From positions 1-64,000 of IMG/VR virus record IMGVR_UViG_3300048854_000081: a DNA stretch of 64,000 nt. One strand, written 5' to 3'. Shown here in pieces: positions 37,493 through 46,831 of this stretch; the stretch's first letter is position 1; the number at the start of each line of letters is the position of its first letter. The DNA is from a virus (Duplodnaviria; Caudoviricetes). Below the pieces are notes generated by a model that saw only the letters and a list, made by a program, of their open reading frames with translations, was not told the DNA's origin and ran no database searches. A program made the position numbers and the translations under genes.

Positions 37493-37752
37493 GGGGCAGA
37501 AATCACACATGAGTCAGCAGGACGTGGCATAAAATCAATATCCGGACCAGAACGATCATAAAACCAGCCATAGTAACCCGGACGCTTATTATAGGAATTC
37601 CAGTTATTGGCAATAGGTGACTTGATCACCGTTCCGTTTTCACTGGAAGTGCAAACCACTTGATAACGCTGTTTAAGCAACTCTTCACGACTGGTACCAC
37701 CATAGCAACCAGTAAGAATAAGACATACAACAGCTAAGAGAAGAATTTTCAT
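37489..37752 (-). CDS. family C lipoprotein
   Basis: MKILL...LTGC lipobox; QVVCTS...YYGWF...PRPADSC. Confidence 0.8.
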   Translation of the reverse strand: MKILLLAVVCLILTGCYGGTSREELLKQRYQVVCTSSENGTVIKSPIANNWNSYNKRPGYYGWFYDRSGPDIDFMPRPADSCVISAP

Positions 37753-37883
37753 GACTTGGAACTATCCTTTAGGATACACGCATCAGCAGGACGGGGGAAG
37801 AATCGAATGTCGCCCACGTTACTGCCATTTTCCATAAACCAGCCATGATAGGTATTAGTACCCAAAGGCATGGACCAGTAATG
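37749..37883 (-). pseudogene. 3' remnant of a fourth family C gene, out of frame inside 37769..38179
   Basis: Alternative frame reads HYWSMPLGTNTYHGWFMENGSNVGDIRFFPRPADACIL; its stop overlaps the next ATG. Confidence 0.75.
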
Positions 37884-38179
37884 CTATGATACTGCTTAAC
37901 ATAATGAATGACCGTACGATCAAGAGTGTCGATATGAGCATCCATCGTAGGATTACGAGTACAAAGCTCCCTCATGACTTTCTTACTGAGAAGGAAACCA
38001 ATAGGACACCTATCCCCATTATCACTGTGATAGACAGGCGTAAGAGAATCACCCGTATCAATCATGGACGGACCCATTTGTTCATTAATCTTCTTTCTGA
38101 TGAAATTGATCAATCGAACAGGTGTCACTCCACCCCGAAGCACGGAACAAAAGGTAGGATCAGCCATCACAGACTCCAA
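37769..38179 (-). pseudogene. family A copy 4, chimeric (lacks LQxxHD)
   Basis: GDRCPIGFLL present; C-terminus is out-of-frame family C sequence. Confidence 0.7.
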
Positions 38180-38604
38180 GCAAGATTATACTTACCATAG
38201 AAGGTAGCAGCACGATCCTTGAATAGATCAACGAACTCGCCCTTCCCTTTATTAACAAAAGCAATCGAATCATTGAATGCTGCATCATGGACTCGCTGAA
38301 GATCAGAAAGAAATTCAATATCATCCTGACTCTTAGACACATCCGAATAATAGCGCTCAATAATCTGATGGGAACCATTCGCCAATCCAGCATCCATCCT
38401 ATACTGATACTCATCATCAGGAATAAGCCAACCAATAGCACATTTTCTTCCCTCCGTAGAACGATACTTACAAGAAGCATCACCACCCACAGATGCCTTT
38501 CCCTGTTCAAGAATCTTGGCAACGGCATAATCTGCCACTGCCTGACGATCCACTTTACCAGTAAGAAAATTCTTAATGTTGACATCGGTCATGTTATTCT
38601 CCAA
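38167..38604 (-). CDS. family A protein, copy 5
   Basis: CKYRSTEGRKCAIGWLIPD...FLSDLQRVHD. Confidence 0.85.
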   Translation of the reverse strand: MENNMTDVNIKNFLTGKVDRQAVADYAVAKILEQGKASVGGDASCKYRSTEGRKCAIGWLIPDDEYQYRMDAGLANGSHQIIERYYSDVSKSQDDIEFLSDLQRVHDAAFNDSIAFVNKGKGEFVDLFKDRAATFYGKYNLAWSL

Positions 38605-39022
38605 AAGGCCATACTAGCTTATGTAGCTCATAAAAGGCAATAGCTCGCTTAGTAAGAGCACTCATGAATCCTTCCTTTGAACCACCAAACATACCAATAT
38701 CCACGTAAGCCTTATCATGGACTCCCTGTAGACGCTGAAGGAATTCCGTATGTTCACTCCACTGATCATAACCCATTCGGTCGAGCATAGATGTCACAGT
38801 CCACCCAAAGCTATCCATAGTAGACTGATACTCGTCATCAGGGATAAGCCAGCCAATAGCACACTTAGTATCCAAAGGACCACGATACTTGCAATAGCCA
38901 TCATCTGCACCAAAGGAAGGACGACCCTGCTCAATAAGCTTACCAATAGCAAAGTCAGCCACTTCCTGTTCGGAATGCTGACCAGATAGATAAGAACGAA
39001 TAGTAATATCAGACATGTCCAA
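38594..39022 (-). CDS. family A protein, copy 6
   Basis: CKYRGPLDTKCAIGWLIPD...FLQRLQGVHD. Confidence 0.85.
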   Translation of the reverse strand: MDMSDITIRSYLSGQHSEQEVADFAIGKLIEQGRPSFGADDGYCKYRGPLDTKCAIGWLIPDDEYQSTMDSFGWTVTSMLDRMGYDQWSEHTEFLQRLQGVHDKAYVDIGMFGGSKEGFMSALTKRAIAFYELHKLVWPFGE

Positions 39023-39425
39023 AACTCCAAATTAGGTTATAATCGTCATAGAACTGATGAGCCTTCTTTCGGAATAACTCGATAAAGGTATTCTCACCAA
39101 AATTACCTACATTAGCACGATCATGAGTTTTCTGTAGTTGATCAAGAAAGACTGCCCTTGTCGAAATCTTGTCACCCTTATACAATTGTTCGATAACTCG
39201 GGATGCCCTGACACCACAACTGGAATCCAATAACGGTAGATAATCACTGTCAGGGATCAAATGACCAATGGCACACTTAGTCCCACCTTCACCCCTATAC
39301 TGACACTGGTTGACACTATTCACGGAAGCACACCCCTGCTCAAGGATTTTACCCACGGCATAGTCAGCGACCTCTTGAAAAGAAATCTCTTTATCAAGGA
39401 AACGCTTTAGATTGATGTCATTCAT
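39009..39425 (-). CDS. family A protein, copy 7
   Basis: CQYRGEGGTKCAIGHLIPD...FLDQLQKTHD. Confidence 0.85.
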   Translation of the reverse strand: MNDINLKRFLDKEISFQEVADYAVGKILEQGCASVNSVNQCQYRGEGGTKCAIGHLIPDSDYLPLLDSSCGVRASRVIEQLYKGDKISTRAVFLDQLQKTHDRANVGNFGENTFIELFRKKAHQFYDDYNLIWSFGHV

Positions 39426-39703
39426 GATTTATAAACTCTATGGTTAATATGGGCTGGATGTAGATAGATAATCTTCTCAAATCTATCCTTATCCCAACCT
39501 TCCGGTTCATCTGTATGAGACCTAGAATAAGTTCCTTCATCAAACTCAACTTGCATGGTCATAAGCCATACGGTATCAAACCCAACCACCTTACCACAAT
39601 CACCCGCTTTTAGTCTAGGGTGACTATGATCATGAACTAACCGAACCCTATCACCTATATGGAATTCATCAGGAAAGGGAATAGGGAATTGCTTATGTGA
39701 CAT
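39422..39703 (-). CDS. SH3-like small protein
   Basis: FHIGDRVRL...LKAGDCGKVV...VEFD. Confidence 0.7.
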   Translation of the reverse strand: MSHKQFPIPFPDEFHIGDRVRLVHDHSHPRLKAGDCGKVVGFDTVWLMTMQVEFDEGTYSRSHTDEPEGWDKDRFEKIIYLHPAHINHRVYKS

Positions 39704-39830
39704 AGGTTAGGCTCACTGATAGGTACGAATGGACCTATTTCTACAGGAATTAGGTTCACTGTAAATGGATATTAATCTCAGAATATGCGAAGCATCACTT
39801 CGTGTATGAGAATGGGTTAAAAACAATATC

Positions 39831-39938
39831 TGTCAAGCTTCCTTTACATATAGCAGAAATGGCTTAAAACAGGCATTTAGAAATTATTTGAGAATATATG
39901 TACGATTTATCGACACTTCGTGTAAAGGAAGCTTGACA
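39831..39938. repeat. 18-bp perfect inverted repeat in AT-rich intergenic region
   Basis: TGTCAAGCTTCCTTTACA (39831) / TGTAAAGGAAGCTTGACA (39921). Confidence 0.85.
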
Positions 39939-40160
39939 TGATGAGAATATGTAGAGAAAACATGAGGATAAAATGAGGTATAATGTTGTAATATATTATA
40001 CTCTGCATACGTACTCTGTGTGCGTGGACACCCTCAAAATTTTCAATGAAAAATAACTCTAATCATATCATATACTTACGATACCTTTTCTTAGCCTATT
40101 GCGGCTGTAACATAAATCATATTACATTACAACCGCATGATTGTCAAGTGATGATAAAGC

Positions 40161-41120
40161 TTATAGTTTGAATACTAACGTAGGGTTAGTCATGTCTTTG
40201 GTGATAGCCACATTCCATCCAGCATTGATATAAGCTTTCATTAGTCTATACATAGCTTTGGATTGGAGTGTCATTCTATCCTTAGGGATATCGATACCAT
40301 CCAAGATAATCTGATCTAGATCATGGATAGAGAAATTAGCTACAGAAGGGCTAGGGCCATCATTGAGTTGATCGACGGCAGCATTCTCTAGCATATTATT
40401 GATCTGATCCTTACCGATCTGGAAATAGGTTTCGGCAAGCTTCAGTTGGTTAATCTTATTATCGTACATTGCTCTGGTATAGATGAACTCAAGGTTAGGC
40501 TGAGCATCTGGTTCCGGAGTGACGACAGAAAATGGATAAATTTTCTCATAGTTATCGATTAGATAATGTTCATCTTCATCGAGGGGTAGTACACCTTCTT
40601 CAACATCGATAAGACCAATGCGTTCAGCTTTAAGTCTAGCAGCGAGTGCATCATTCTCTAGGTCTTCATCATGTTTATCGAGCATGATGGCGATGGTTTC
40701 CTTTACATACTTAACGTATTCGGCGACAGACATAGGAGGTTTGGTGAAGGCACCATCACCCATATAAATGTTATGAAGGAATGCTTGGCCGAAAGCTTTA
40801 AGGACGGCTTCTTCGCCATAGAGAGTTTTGCCACCTTCATCTGAGGATACCCAAACGATTCTACGATTGAGAGCAGGTTCACCCTTTTCCCATTTAAGGA
40901 TAGAGTTATCGAGGGAGTGTGTCAGACCATTATAGGCAGCGAAGCCTACGACAGAGGTTAGCCAGCCATTACCGAAGAGAGGATATTGTTTTTGGCTATA
41001 GGGACCAAGAGAGAGGTCATACTTAGCATTATAGTCTCTCATATAGTAATGGAAAGCCTTTACAGATAGAAGAGTGTAAAGGCTTTTTAGATTAGCATAT
41101 TGGCGGTCTTTGAGTTTCAT
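40161..41120 (-). CDS. family B protein, copy 2
   Basis: RQYANLKSLY...VVGFAA...AGWNV...LVF. Confidence 0.8.
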   Translation of the reverse strand: MKLKDRQYANLKSLYTLLSVKAFHYYMRDYNAKYDLSLGPYSQKQYPLFGNGWLTSVVGFAAYNGLTHSLDNSILKWEKGEPALNRRIVWVSSDEGGKTLYGEEAVLKAFGQAFLHNIYMGDGAFTKPPMSVAEYVKYVKETIAIMLDKHDEDLENDALAARLKAERIGLIDVEEGVLPLDEDEHYLIDNYEKIYPFSVVTPEPDAQPNLEFIYTRAMYDNKINQLKLAETYFQIGKDQINNMLENAAVDQLNDGPSPSVANFSIHDLDQIILDGIDIPKDRMTLQSKAMYRLMKAYINAGWNVAITKDMTNPTLVFKL

Positions 41121-41821
41121 TGTGGGTAATGGTCTGTGAAGTGAATAGTAAGGGAGATATCGGAATCAATTTTCAGTGTAGCGTTATATCCATCTGCCTG
41201 CAACATGGTATACATTTGCTTGAACACATAGCATTGAACATCTTTATCCTTAGAGGTAATGGCATCTTGATTGATGTTGATACTACGAAGGCTTTTGCCA
41301 TATTGGATACTAGCGTTCAGTTTTTCATTGAAAAAATTGATCAGGTTAGCTAGTTCATTATGTTTAACCTCGACGGCCTTGATTTCTTCCTTGAATGTCT
41401 TATAAGGAATAAGCTTAGGAAGTTGACGAGTTTGGATAGACATAGGAGTTTCCTCGTGTTTGTCAAGGATAGTTTTGATGAACTGGTTAAGGTGATCCAC
41501 ATATTGTAATGTAGACATGTATGGATTAACGTCACGATCCATACCACTAGCAAAGGATTCACCAAAGATTTCAACGATGTTAGGATATCTAACAACATCT
41601 TTATTATAGGTAACGCGACGGAATGGTTCTGTGTAGTAACCGAGTTGATCGATAGTTAACCAAGCTGCGAAACCGATGACATTCCAAAAGTAAGAATCCC
41701 AGCGATTGTGTGGTTCATCTGCACGGCTATTGGAACTAACATTGCTAAGGAAAGTAACATAGTCGGAAGCATTCAATCTTTCATAGAGAGCTTTGAGATT
41801 CTTAATTTGTTTATCATTCAT
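41117..41821 (-). CDS. family B protein, copy 3
   Basis: KQIKNLKALY...VIGFAA...DGYNA. Confidence 0.8.
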   Translation of the reverse strand: MNDKQIKNLKALYERLNASDYVTFLSNVSSNSRADEPHNRWDSYFWNVIGFAAWLTIDQLGYYTEPFRRVTYNKDVVRYPNIVEIFGESFASGMDRDVNPYMSTLQYVDHLNQFIKTILDKHEETPMSIQTRQLPKLIPYKTFKEEIKAVEVKHNELANLINFFNEKLNASIQYGKSLRSININQDAITSKDKDVQCYVFKQMYTMLQADGYNATLKIDSDISLTIHFTDHYPQ

Positions 41822-41858
41822 GTTAGTAAGTCCTAACGTATAGAGGGGTGGATGGTAT

Positions 41859-41886
41859 ACCTTACGCAAGCGTTAGGACTTCTTTT
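41859..41886. repeat. dispersed repeat R1, copy 1
   Basis: ACCTTACGCAAGCGTTAGGACTTCTTTT; also at 51341 and (22-bp core) 51434. Confidence 0.85.
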
Positions 41887-42287
41887 CAAAGGCCAGCGAA
41901 ATAGCTTGTATAGGGAACGTACCCGACATGTTCAAATCCTTCGCGTTGAAAGATTTTGGTATCGGAGTGTCCAGCTATCTGATTATACTTGTCCTTCCCA
42001 TACTTTGCAAGTTGGGTTCCTATACGTTGGCCTCTAGCTTTGGTTCTGGTATAGAGGTGTTGGATGGGGACGGGTCGTTGTTTGAATTTCATAATGAGTG
42101 CCCACCCTAGGATGGTATCATCATCTTCGATATAGGCGACCTCAGCATACTCCACGGAGGGATTGCCTTTGCGACATGCTGCGATGGCGTCTTGCATCTC
42201 TCCACGTTTACGGTAATTTAACCCATGGAGTTTCGAATAGATTGAGCTTGGTAGTTCCTGAACGGAACATGAACGAAGTTGCTGCAT
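41886..42287 (-). CDS. GNAT-family acetyltransferase-like
   Basis: LYTRTKARGQRIGTQL acetyl-CoA motif. Confidence 0.75.
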   Translation of the reverse strand: MQQLRSCSVQELPSSIYSKLHGLNYRKRGEMQDAIAACRKGNPSVEYAEVAYIEDDDTILGWALIMKFKQRPVPIQHLYTRTKARGQRIGTQLAKYGKDKYNQIAGHSDTKIFQREGFEHVGYVPYTSYFAGL

Positions 42288-42509
42288 AAAACCTCAAAGT
42301 ATTGCATATGGTTTCAAAACTGTCAAGTGCTTCACTGATACCTATTCAGGTTCCATTTAGAAACCGAGTTCCTTACGGCTCATAGGCCGAAGGGATGAAA
42401 TCCCTTAATCTAACGTTAAGGTTGGACCAGATGGGCCATCATGACATTATTTGATGACTGCTGGGTAAACGGTTCTGTTTTATTAAGCTACCGTTCAGGT
42501 TAGGTCTGG

Positions 42510-42536
42510 TAAAATAGGGTGGAGGATGGAGAAGCT
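42510..42536 (+). repeat. dispersed motif R2 (TAAAATAG...GGATGG..AGC), copy 1
   Basis: Also 51980, 52914, 56347 (+) and 59323, 62327 (-). Confidence 0.75.
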
Positions 42537-42647
42537 GGTAGGTAATCTCTCTGTTGCAATGTATTTCAATCTGTTGTACTTTGCATTGCAAAGATTCGCT
42601 ATAGCGAATATACTGTTAGTAACTGGACTTTCTATAGGAGACATGAC

Positions 42648-42860
42648 ATGGCTACTCCTTCACCTGATGACTTACATATCGCTGCACAATGGCTTGACAT
42701 CTATGAGGGTGCTGAAGATGCTGAAGATGCTGAGGCGTGTAAGCGTGTCGCCAAGTGGTTGATAGAGCAATCGAAGGCTGCTGAGTTGAGGCAGATATGT
42801 CGTGATGCTGGTGTCTCTGTAGCGCATGCTAAGAGAGTCATGAAACAGAAGGGTCTATAA
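42648..42860 (+). CDS. hypothetical protein
   Basis: AGGAG SD; first gene of right + block. Confidence 0.75.
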   Translation: MATPSPDDLHIAAQWLDIYEGAEDAEDAEACKRVAKWLIEQSKAAELRQICRDAGVSVAHAKRVMKQKGL

Positions 42861-43054
42861 TGGACTTCCATGAGCGCAAGGCGGAACGGAAGCTTCATTA
42901 TGAAACCTATATCAAGGGATGGAAGCTGAAGGATTGTGTTGCATGTAATGGCTCAGGTCGGTATGATATTGGAAGATCACCTAAGTGTGGATCATGTGGT
43001 GGAACAGGTAAGGTGAAATATAAACCTTATCCATTAACAAACCTTTCAGCTTAG
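42860..43054 (+). CDS. DnaJ-type zinc-finger protein
   Basis: CVACNGSG...CGSCGGTG; ends TAG. Confidence 0.75.
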   Translation: MDFHERKAERKLHYETYIKGWKLKDCVACNGSGRYDIGRSPKCGSCGGTGKVKYKPYPLTNLSA

Positions 43055-43073
43055 TTACGTATAATAGGTAACC

Positions 43074-43625
43074 ATGAACACAGACATTCAGACGCGTATC
43101 CGTAGCGACCTTGAAGCATGTATGATCAAGGCTCGTCGTATCTTCCCCGAGACGGTTAACATGTTCACGGGTGAAGTCCGTATGATCCGTAGTTCCCGTA
43201 CGTTGGGGACATGTAACAATGACTTCCTGAGTCGAATGAACTTCAAGTTCAATATCGATTTTGCTGAGCAGGACTATGACACCCTGCTTAATGACACGAT
43301 CCCTCATGAAGTAGCCCATGCTGTTGTGTTCCAGCTTCAGCGTCTTGGTAAGCTTCCCCGTAATATCCGCGTGCATGGTAAGGAATGGCGTAGGGTGGCT
43401 ACCATCCTTGGCTGTCGTCCACGTGCCACGACGAATACGTGTGCAGTCCTGAAGGTAAAGAAGACCATCCGTCGCTTTGAGTATCGTATGGGTGATGGTA
43501 ATATCATGATGTTGAGTGCTACGGTGCATAACCGGATTCAGAGTGGTTGGCATTCGTATCACTGTAAGACAACCAAACAGCCCTTGCGTCGGGACTCATT
43601 CACTGGTAACATTCAAGTTCGATAA
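43074..43625 (+). CDS. SprT-like zinc metalloprotease
   Basis: PHEVAH...HGKEW. Confidence 0.87.
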   Translation: MNTDIQTRIRSDLEACMIKARRIFPETVNMFTGEVRMIRSSRTLGTCNNDFLSRMNFKFNIDFAEQDYDTLLNDTIPHEVAHAVVFQLQRLGKLPRNIRVHGKEWRRVATILGCRPRATTNTCAVLKVKKTIRRFEYRMGDGNIMMLSATVHNRIQSGWHSYHCKTTKQPLRRDSFTGNIQVR

Positions 43626-43635
43626 GGGGGATACA

Positions 43636-43833
43636 ATGTGTCAACCGAATAATGAAATCGATGGCTTCGTGATGTTCTTTGTCTGTGCCATTTTCTTCTG
43701 TGGTGCGATCTTCTGCTACCTTGAACTGAATACCGGTAAGCCTGCCCCCTACAATGTGCGTCGCTGCTGGACTGGCGCTGGCCTATTCTGCATTGGTGTC
43801 CCCGTCGTCAAGATGCTCATCTTCCTCTTCTAA
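43636..43833 (+). CDS. membrane protein
   Basis: Two TM segments. Confidence 0.65.
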   Translation: MCQPNNEIDGFVMFFVCAIFFCGAIFCYLELNTGKPAPYNVRRCWTGAGLFCIGVPVVKMLIFLF

Positions 43834-43842
43834 GGATTCCTC

Positions 43843-44295
43843 ATGGCCGATACAAGCAAAGATGTCACTCTCAAGAACTTCCTCGCTGGTCGAGTGAGCA
43901 AGCAAGCTGTGGCTGACTTCATTGTCGCCCGCATGAAGGAACAGCGTCGTGGTTCTGCTAAGTTCTATGACGAAGAAGGCTATCGTGATGAAGTGGAAAT
44001 GTGTCTGTACCGTGGACCTGAGGGTGCGAAGTGTGCTGTTGGTCATCTGATCCCTGATCGCCAGTATCGTAAGGGTATGGATGCTGATTCGGGTCTGCCT
44101 GTCGAACAACTGATGTTGGAGTATTTTCCTGCCTATTCGGAAGATACCGACAAGCTATATTTTCTTAAACATTTACAGATGGCACATGATGGTGCTGCCA
44201 GTGAGTTCGATGATGAATTCGTAGATGAATTCATTCGTCGTGTAACTTCGGTTTACCATAACCATAAGCTTGACATGACGACTCTTAGCAAGTAA
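43843..44295 (+). CDS. family A protein, copy 8
   Basis: CLYRGPEGAKCAVGHLIPD...FLKHLQMAHD. Confidence 0.85.
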   Translation: MADTSKDVTLKNFLAGRVSKQAVADFIVARMKEQRRGSAKFYDEEGYRDEVEMCLYRGPEGAKCAVGHLIPDRQYRKGMDADSGLPVEQLMLEYFPAYSEDTDKLYFLKHLQMAHDGAASEFDDEFVDEFIRRVTSVYHNHKLDMTTLSK

Positions 44296-44326
44296 TATTC
44301 ACCTACTCACTCACGGAATATAACTC

Positions 44327-44791
44327 ATGACCGACGTAACCATTCGTAATTTCATGTCTAGCTTGGTGACGAAGCAAGAAGTCTTCGATTTCGTGTGCAC
44401 CAGCTTGATCAATCAGGGTCGTGGTTCGTATGATCCCGAGTTTGGTGATGTGGGCATGTGTCTGTATCGTCATCCGGATGGTGCGAAGTGTGCGGTGGGT
44501 CATATGATCGCCGATGAAGAATACGTCCCGAGAATGGATGGTGTTGGTTGTGGTTCTAATCCTGAAGTCGGAGCCACTGGCGTAATGGAATTGATCCCGA
44601 ACTACTTCCCTGCACTGGTCGGGTCTGCGAGTTATGAGACGGATGTCTACTTTCTTAGGCAGTTGCAGGGTGCTCATGATGACGCTGCGATTCGTAACTT
44701 CAGTCATGACGGATTTGTCGAGGCGTTCAAAAAGAATGTTAAATCGGTTGGTAACACATATGACCTTGACACATCGGTGTTGGGCCTGTAA
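44327..44791 (+). CDS. family A protein, copy 9
   Basis: CLYRHPDGAKCAVGHMIAD...FLRQLQGAHD. Confidence 0.85.
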   Translation: MTDVTIRNFMSSLVTKQEVFDFVCTSLINQGRGSYDPEFGDVGMCLYRHPDGAKCAVGHMIADEEYVPRMDGVGCGSNPEVGATGVMELIPNYFPALVGSASYETDVYFLRQLQGAHDDAAIRNFSHDGFVEAFKKNVKSVGNTYDLDTSVLGL

Positions 44792-44807
44792 TATAATCTA
44801 ACAATGT

Positions 44808-44894
44808 GGCACTATGGCGGAATTGGTAGACGCAGCAGACTTAAAATCTGCCGGGATTACTCTCGTCCGGGTTCGATTCCCGGTGGTGCTACCA
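44808..44894 (+). tRNA. tRNA-Leu(TAA)
   Basis: GCAGA-CTTAAAA-TCTGC, variable arm, CCA. Confidence 0.93.
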
Positions 44895-44927
44895 CACATT
44901 GACAGATTTGCTAAATAAACATATCAT

Positions 44928-45004
44928 CCGCCTATGGTCCAACTGGATAGGGCAACGACCTTCTAAGTCGTACGGTGGGGGTTCGAATCCCTCTAGGCGG
45001 ACCA
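44928..45004 (+). tRNA. tRNA-Arg(TCT)
   Basis: ACGAC-CTTCTAA-GTCGT, CCA. Confidence 0.93.
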
Positions 45005-45009
45005 ATTTT

Positions 45010-45098
45010 GGGTAGGTAGCTTAAGTGAGCGAGTCTCACAGGTAAAGCAGCGGAGTCATGACCGTCAATGTGGGTTCGAATCCCATCCCTGCCCGCCA
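45010..45098 (+). ncRNA. atypical tRNA: D-loop hairpin insert, 8-nt anticodon loop
   Basis: GGGTAGG/CCTGCCC-G-CCA; GTGAG-CGAGT-CTCAC in D loop; GCGG-AGTCATGA-CCGT. Confidence 0.7.
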
Positions 45099-45105
45099 CT
45101 ATTCT

Positions 45106-45182
45106 AACTCCATCGCCAAGTCCGGTTAAGGCACAGGATTTTGATTCCTGCATCGTAGGTTCGAATCCTACTGGGGTTGCCA
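45106..45182 (+). tRNA. tRNA-Gln(TTG)
   Basis: CAGGA-TTTTGAT-TCCTG, G73, CCA. Confidence 0.9.
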
Positions 45183-45266
45183 CCTTCAAACCTCCCATTG
45201 GGAGGTTTTTTATTGCTTGACGTTTTCCCATGAATGATTTATATTGAAATCAAAGGAGACCTTATC

Positions 45267-45512
45267 ATGTCTGATATCATCACCAAATACAAAGTCACTG
45301 TCATTGAGTCTGAGCGTGGTTGGGGTCAGTCTTACGAAACTGAATACTACCTCACTGAAGCTGATGCTCATAATCGGGTGAAGTCTATCAATGATAAGAA
45401 TACTGCTACTCATGCTCCTGACTTCTATGTCAAGGCAATTTATGATGGCAAGATCGAAGGTGTGATGCAACTGGACCTCAACGGGATTCCAAAGTTTAGA
45501 GAACTAAAGTAA
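45267..45512 (+). CDS. hypothetical protein
   Basis: ESERGWGQ...APDFY. Confidence 0.75.
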   Translation: MSDIITKYKVTVIESERGWGQSYETEYYLTEADAHNRVKSINDKNTATHAPDFYVKAIYDGKIEGVMQLDLNGIPKFRELK

Positions 45513-45757
45513 TGTATAGAGAGTTACCTCCCTTGAAAGAAAGGGATAAGACATTCATCGATGGTATGGTAAATGATTACGTTGAGCTAATCTGTATTCA
45601 AGTAGCATCCTATAAGTTACTGTATGATGCTGAAATGGCTCCACCTACCCAAGAAACAGCAAAGACTATCGATCAGTGTTACATTGCACTGAACAATACT
45701 GAGGAAGGACTCAAGATGGTCAGGACGTTACTTAAGACAACCAAAATTGCGTATTGA
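45512..45757 (+). CDS. hypothetical protein
   Basis: TAATG coupling. Confidence 0.65.
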   Translation: MYRELPPLKERDKTFIDGMVNDYVELICIQVASYKLLYDAEMAPPTQETAKTIDQCYIALNNTEEGLKMVRTLLKTTKIAY

Positions 45758-45809
45758 CATATACGTTACAGGTTGTATAATGTAATTCCCGTCGCCGCTA
45801 AGGCTTACC

Positions 45810-46445
45810 ATGCTGACTTCCATCTGTCGTTTCATGGCTTTCCTTTCAGTCACAGGTTTCTGCATGTTGATGAGTGCAGCCATCTGGTTCGGTTTCATTG
45901 TCAATGGTCGCCACCACGTTCCTCTCTCCCTTCCCAATGCATCGGCTTCCCTCCTGCGTCATGATGGGATCGATAGCATGGAACTGGACTGTATGGCACG
46001 TAACGTATTCTTTGAGGCTCGTGGTGAATCTGCCAAGGGTAAGCTAATGGTAGCTTCGGTAGTGATCCAGCGGACGCTATCGCCTCACTATCCCGGTACA
46101 GTCTGTGGTGTGGTTACACAGGCTAATACAGATGACTTCGGCCGTATCATCAAGAATGAATGCTCATTCTCATGGATGTGTGATGGTCAGAATCATGACA
46201 TCGATTTATCTAACGAAACCATCCGACGTGAATGGATGGAATCCTATACGATTTCTAAACTGGTCATGATGGGTAAGCTAAAGCCAACCATTGACATGGA
46301 AGGTGTAACGCATTACCATGCTGACTACGTTAAGCCGTACTGGGCAAAGAGTAAGAATTACAAGGTGGTAGCCAAGGTAGGGGAACACATCTTCTATCGC
46401 TGGTCTAAGGCCACCCTTCCGAAACTCACCATCGCCTCTATCTAA
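45810..46445 (+). CDS. SleB-like cell wall hydrolase (Hydrolase_2)
   Basis: CMARNVFFEARGE, CSFSW, THYHADYV.PYW, GEHIFY. Confidence 0.9.
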   Translation: MLTSICRFMAFLSVTGFCMLMSAAIWFGFIVNGRHHVPLSLPNASASLLRHDGIDSMELDCMARNVFFEARGESAKGKLMVASVVIQRTLSPHYPGTVCGVVTQANTDDFGRIIKNECSFSWMCDGQNHDIDLSNETIRREWMESYTISKLVMMGKLKPTIDMEGVTHYHADYVKPYWAKSKNYKVVAKVGEHIFYRWSKATLPKLTIASI

Positions 46446-46454
46446 GGAAACGAC

Positions 46455-46772
46455 ATGCATTCCATTATCCAGCAGATGATCAACCTCGGTGAAAGCGCGG
46501 AATCCACGACCGAACGTCTCGCCATCTACAGCCGTGGTGATTCTTACGAAGACCTGTCGAATCTCTTCGCACATATCGAAAACAAGACCCGTGATGGTAA
46601 TGTGGTCCCCAATGGCTTCAGCTATCATATTGCTCAGCCCCGTTGCTGGGCAATCGAAGGCTCCCCTGCCAACATCCTTGAAGTCGCTGCGAGTCATGGG
46701 CTGACGGGTGGTGTGATCGTCAAGGAATCGAAGACCTACGTCATCTGGCCGGACATCCATTACGTTCGGTAA
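46455..46772 (+). CDS. hypothetical protein, tandem paralog 1
   Basis: SYEDLS.LF...CWAI...EVAA.HG...WP. Confidence 0.75.
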   Translation: MHSIIQQMINLGESAESTTERLAIYSRGDSYEDLSNLFAHIENKTRDGNVVPNGFSYHIAQPRCWAIEGSPANILEVAASHGLTGGVIVKESKTYVIWPDIHYVR

Positions 46773-46831
46773 TTGACAGGCGAGTTGTAATACGTTATAC
46801 TCTCTTCATCAAATCACTCAAAGGAAATGTC

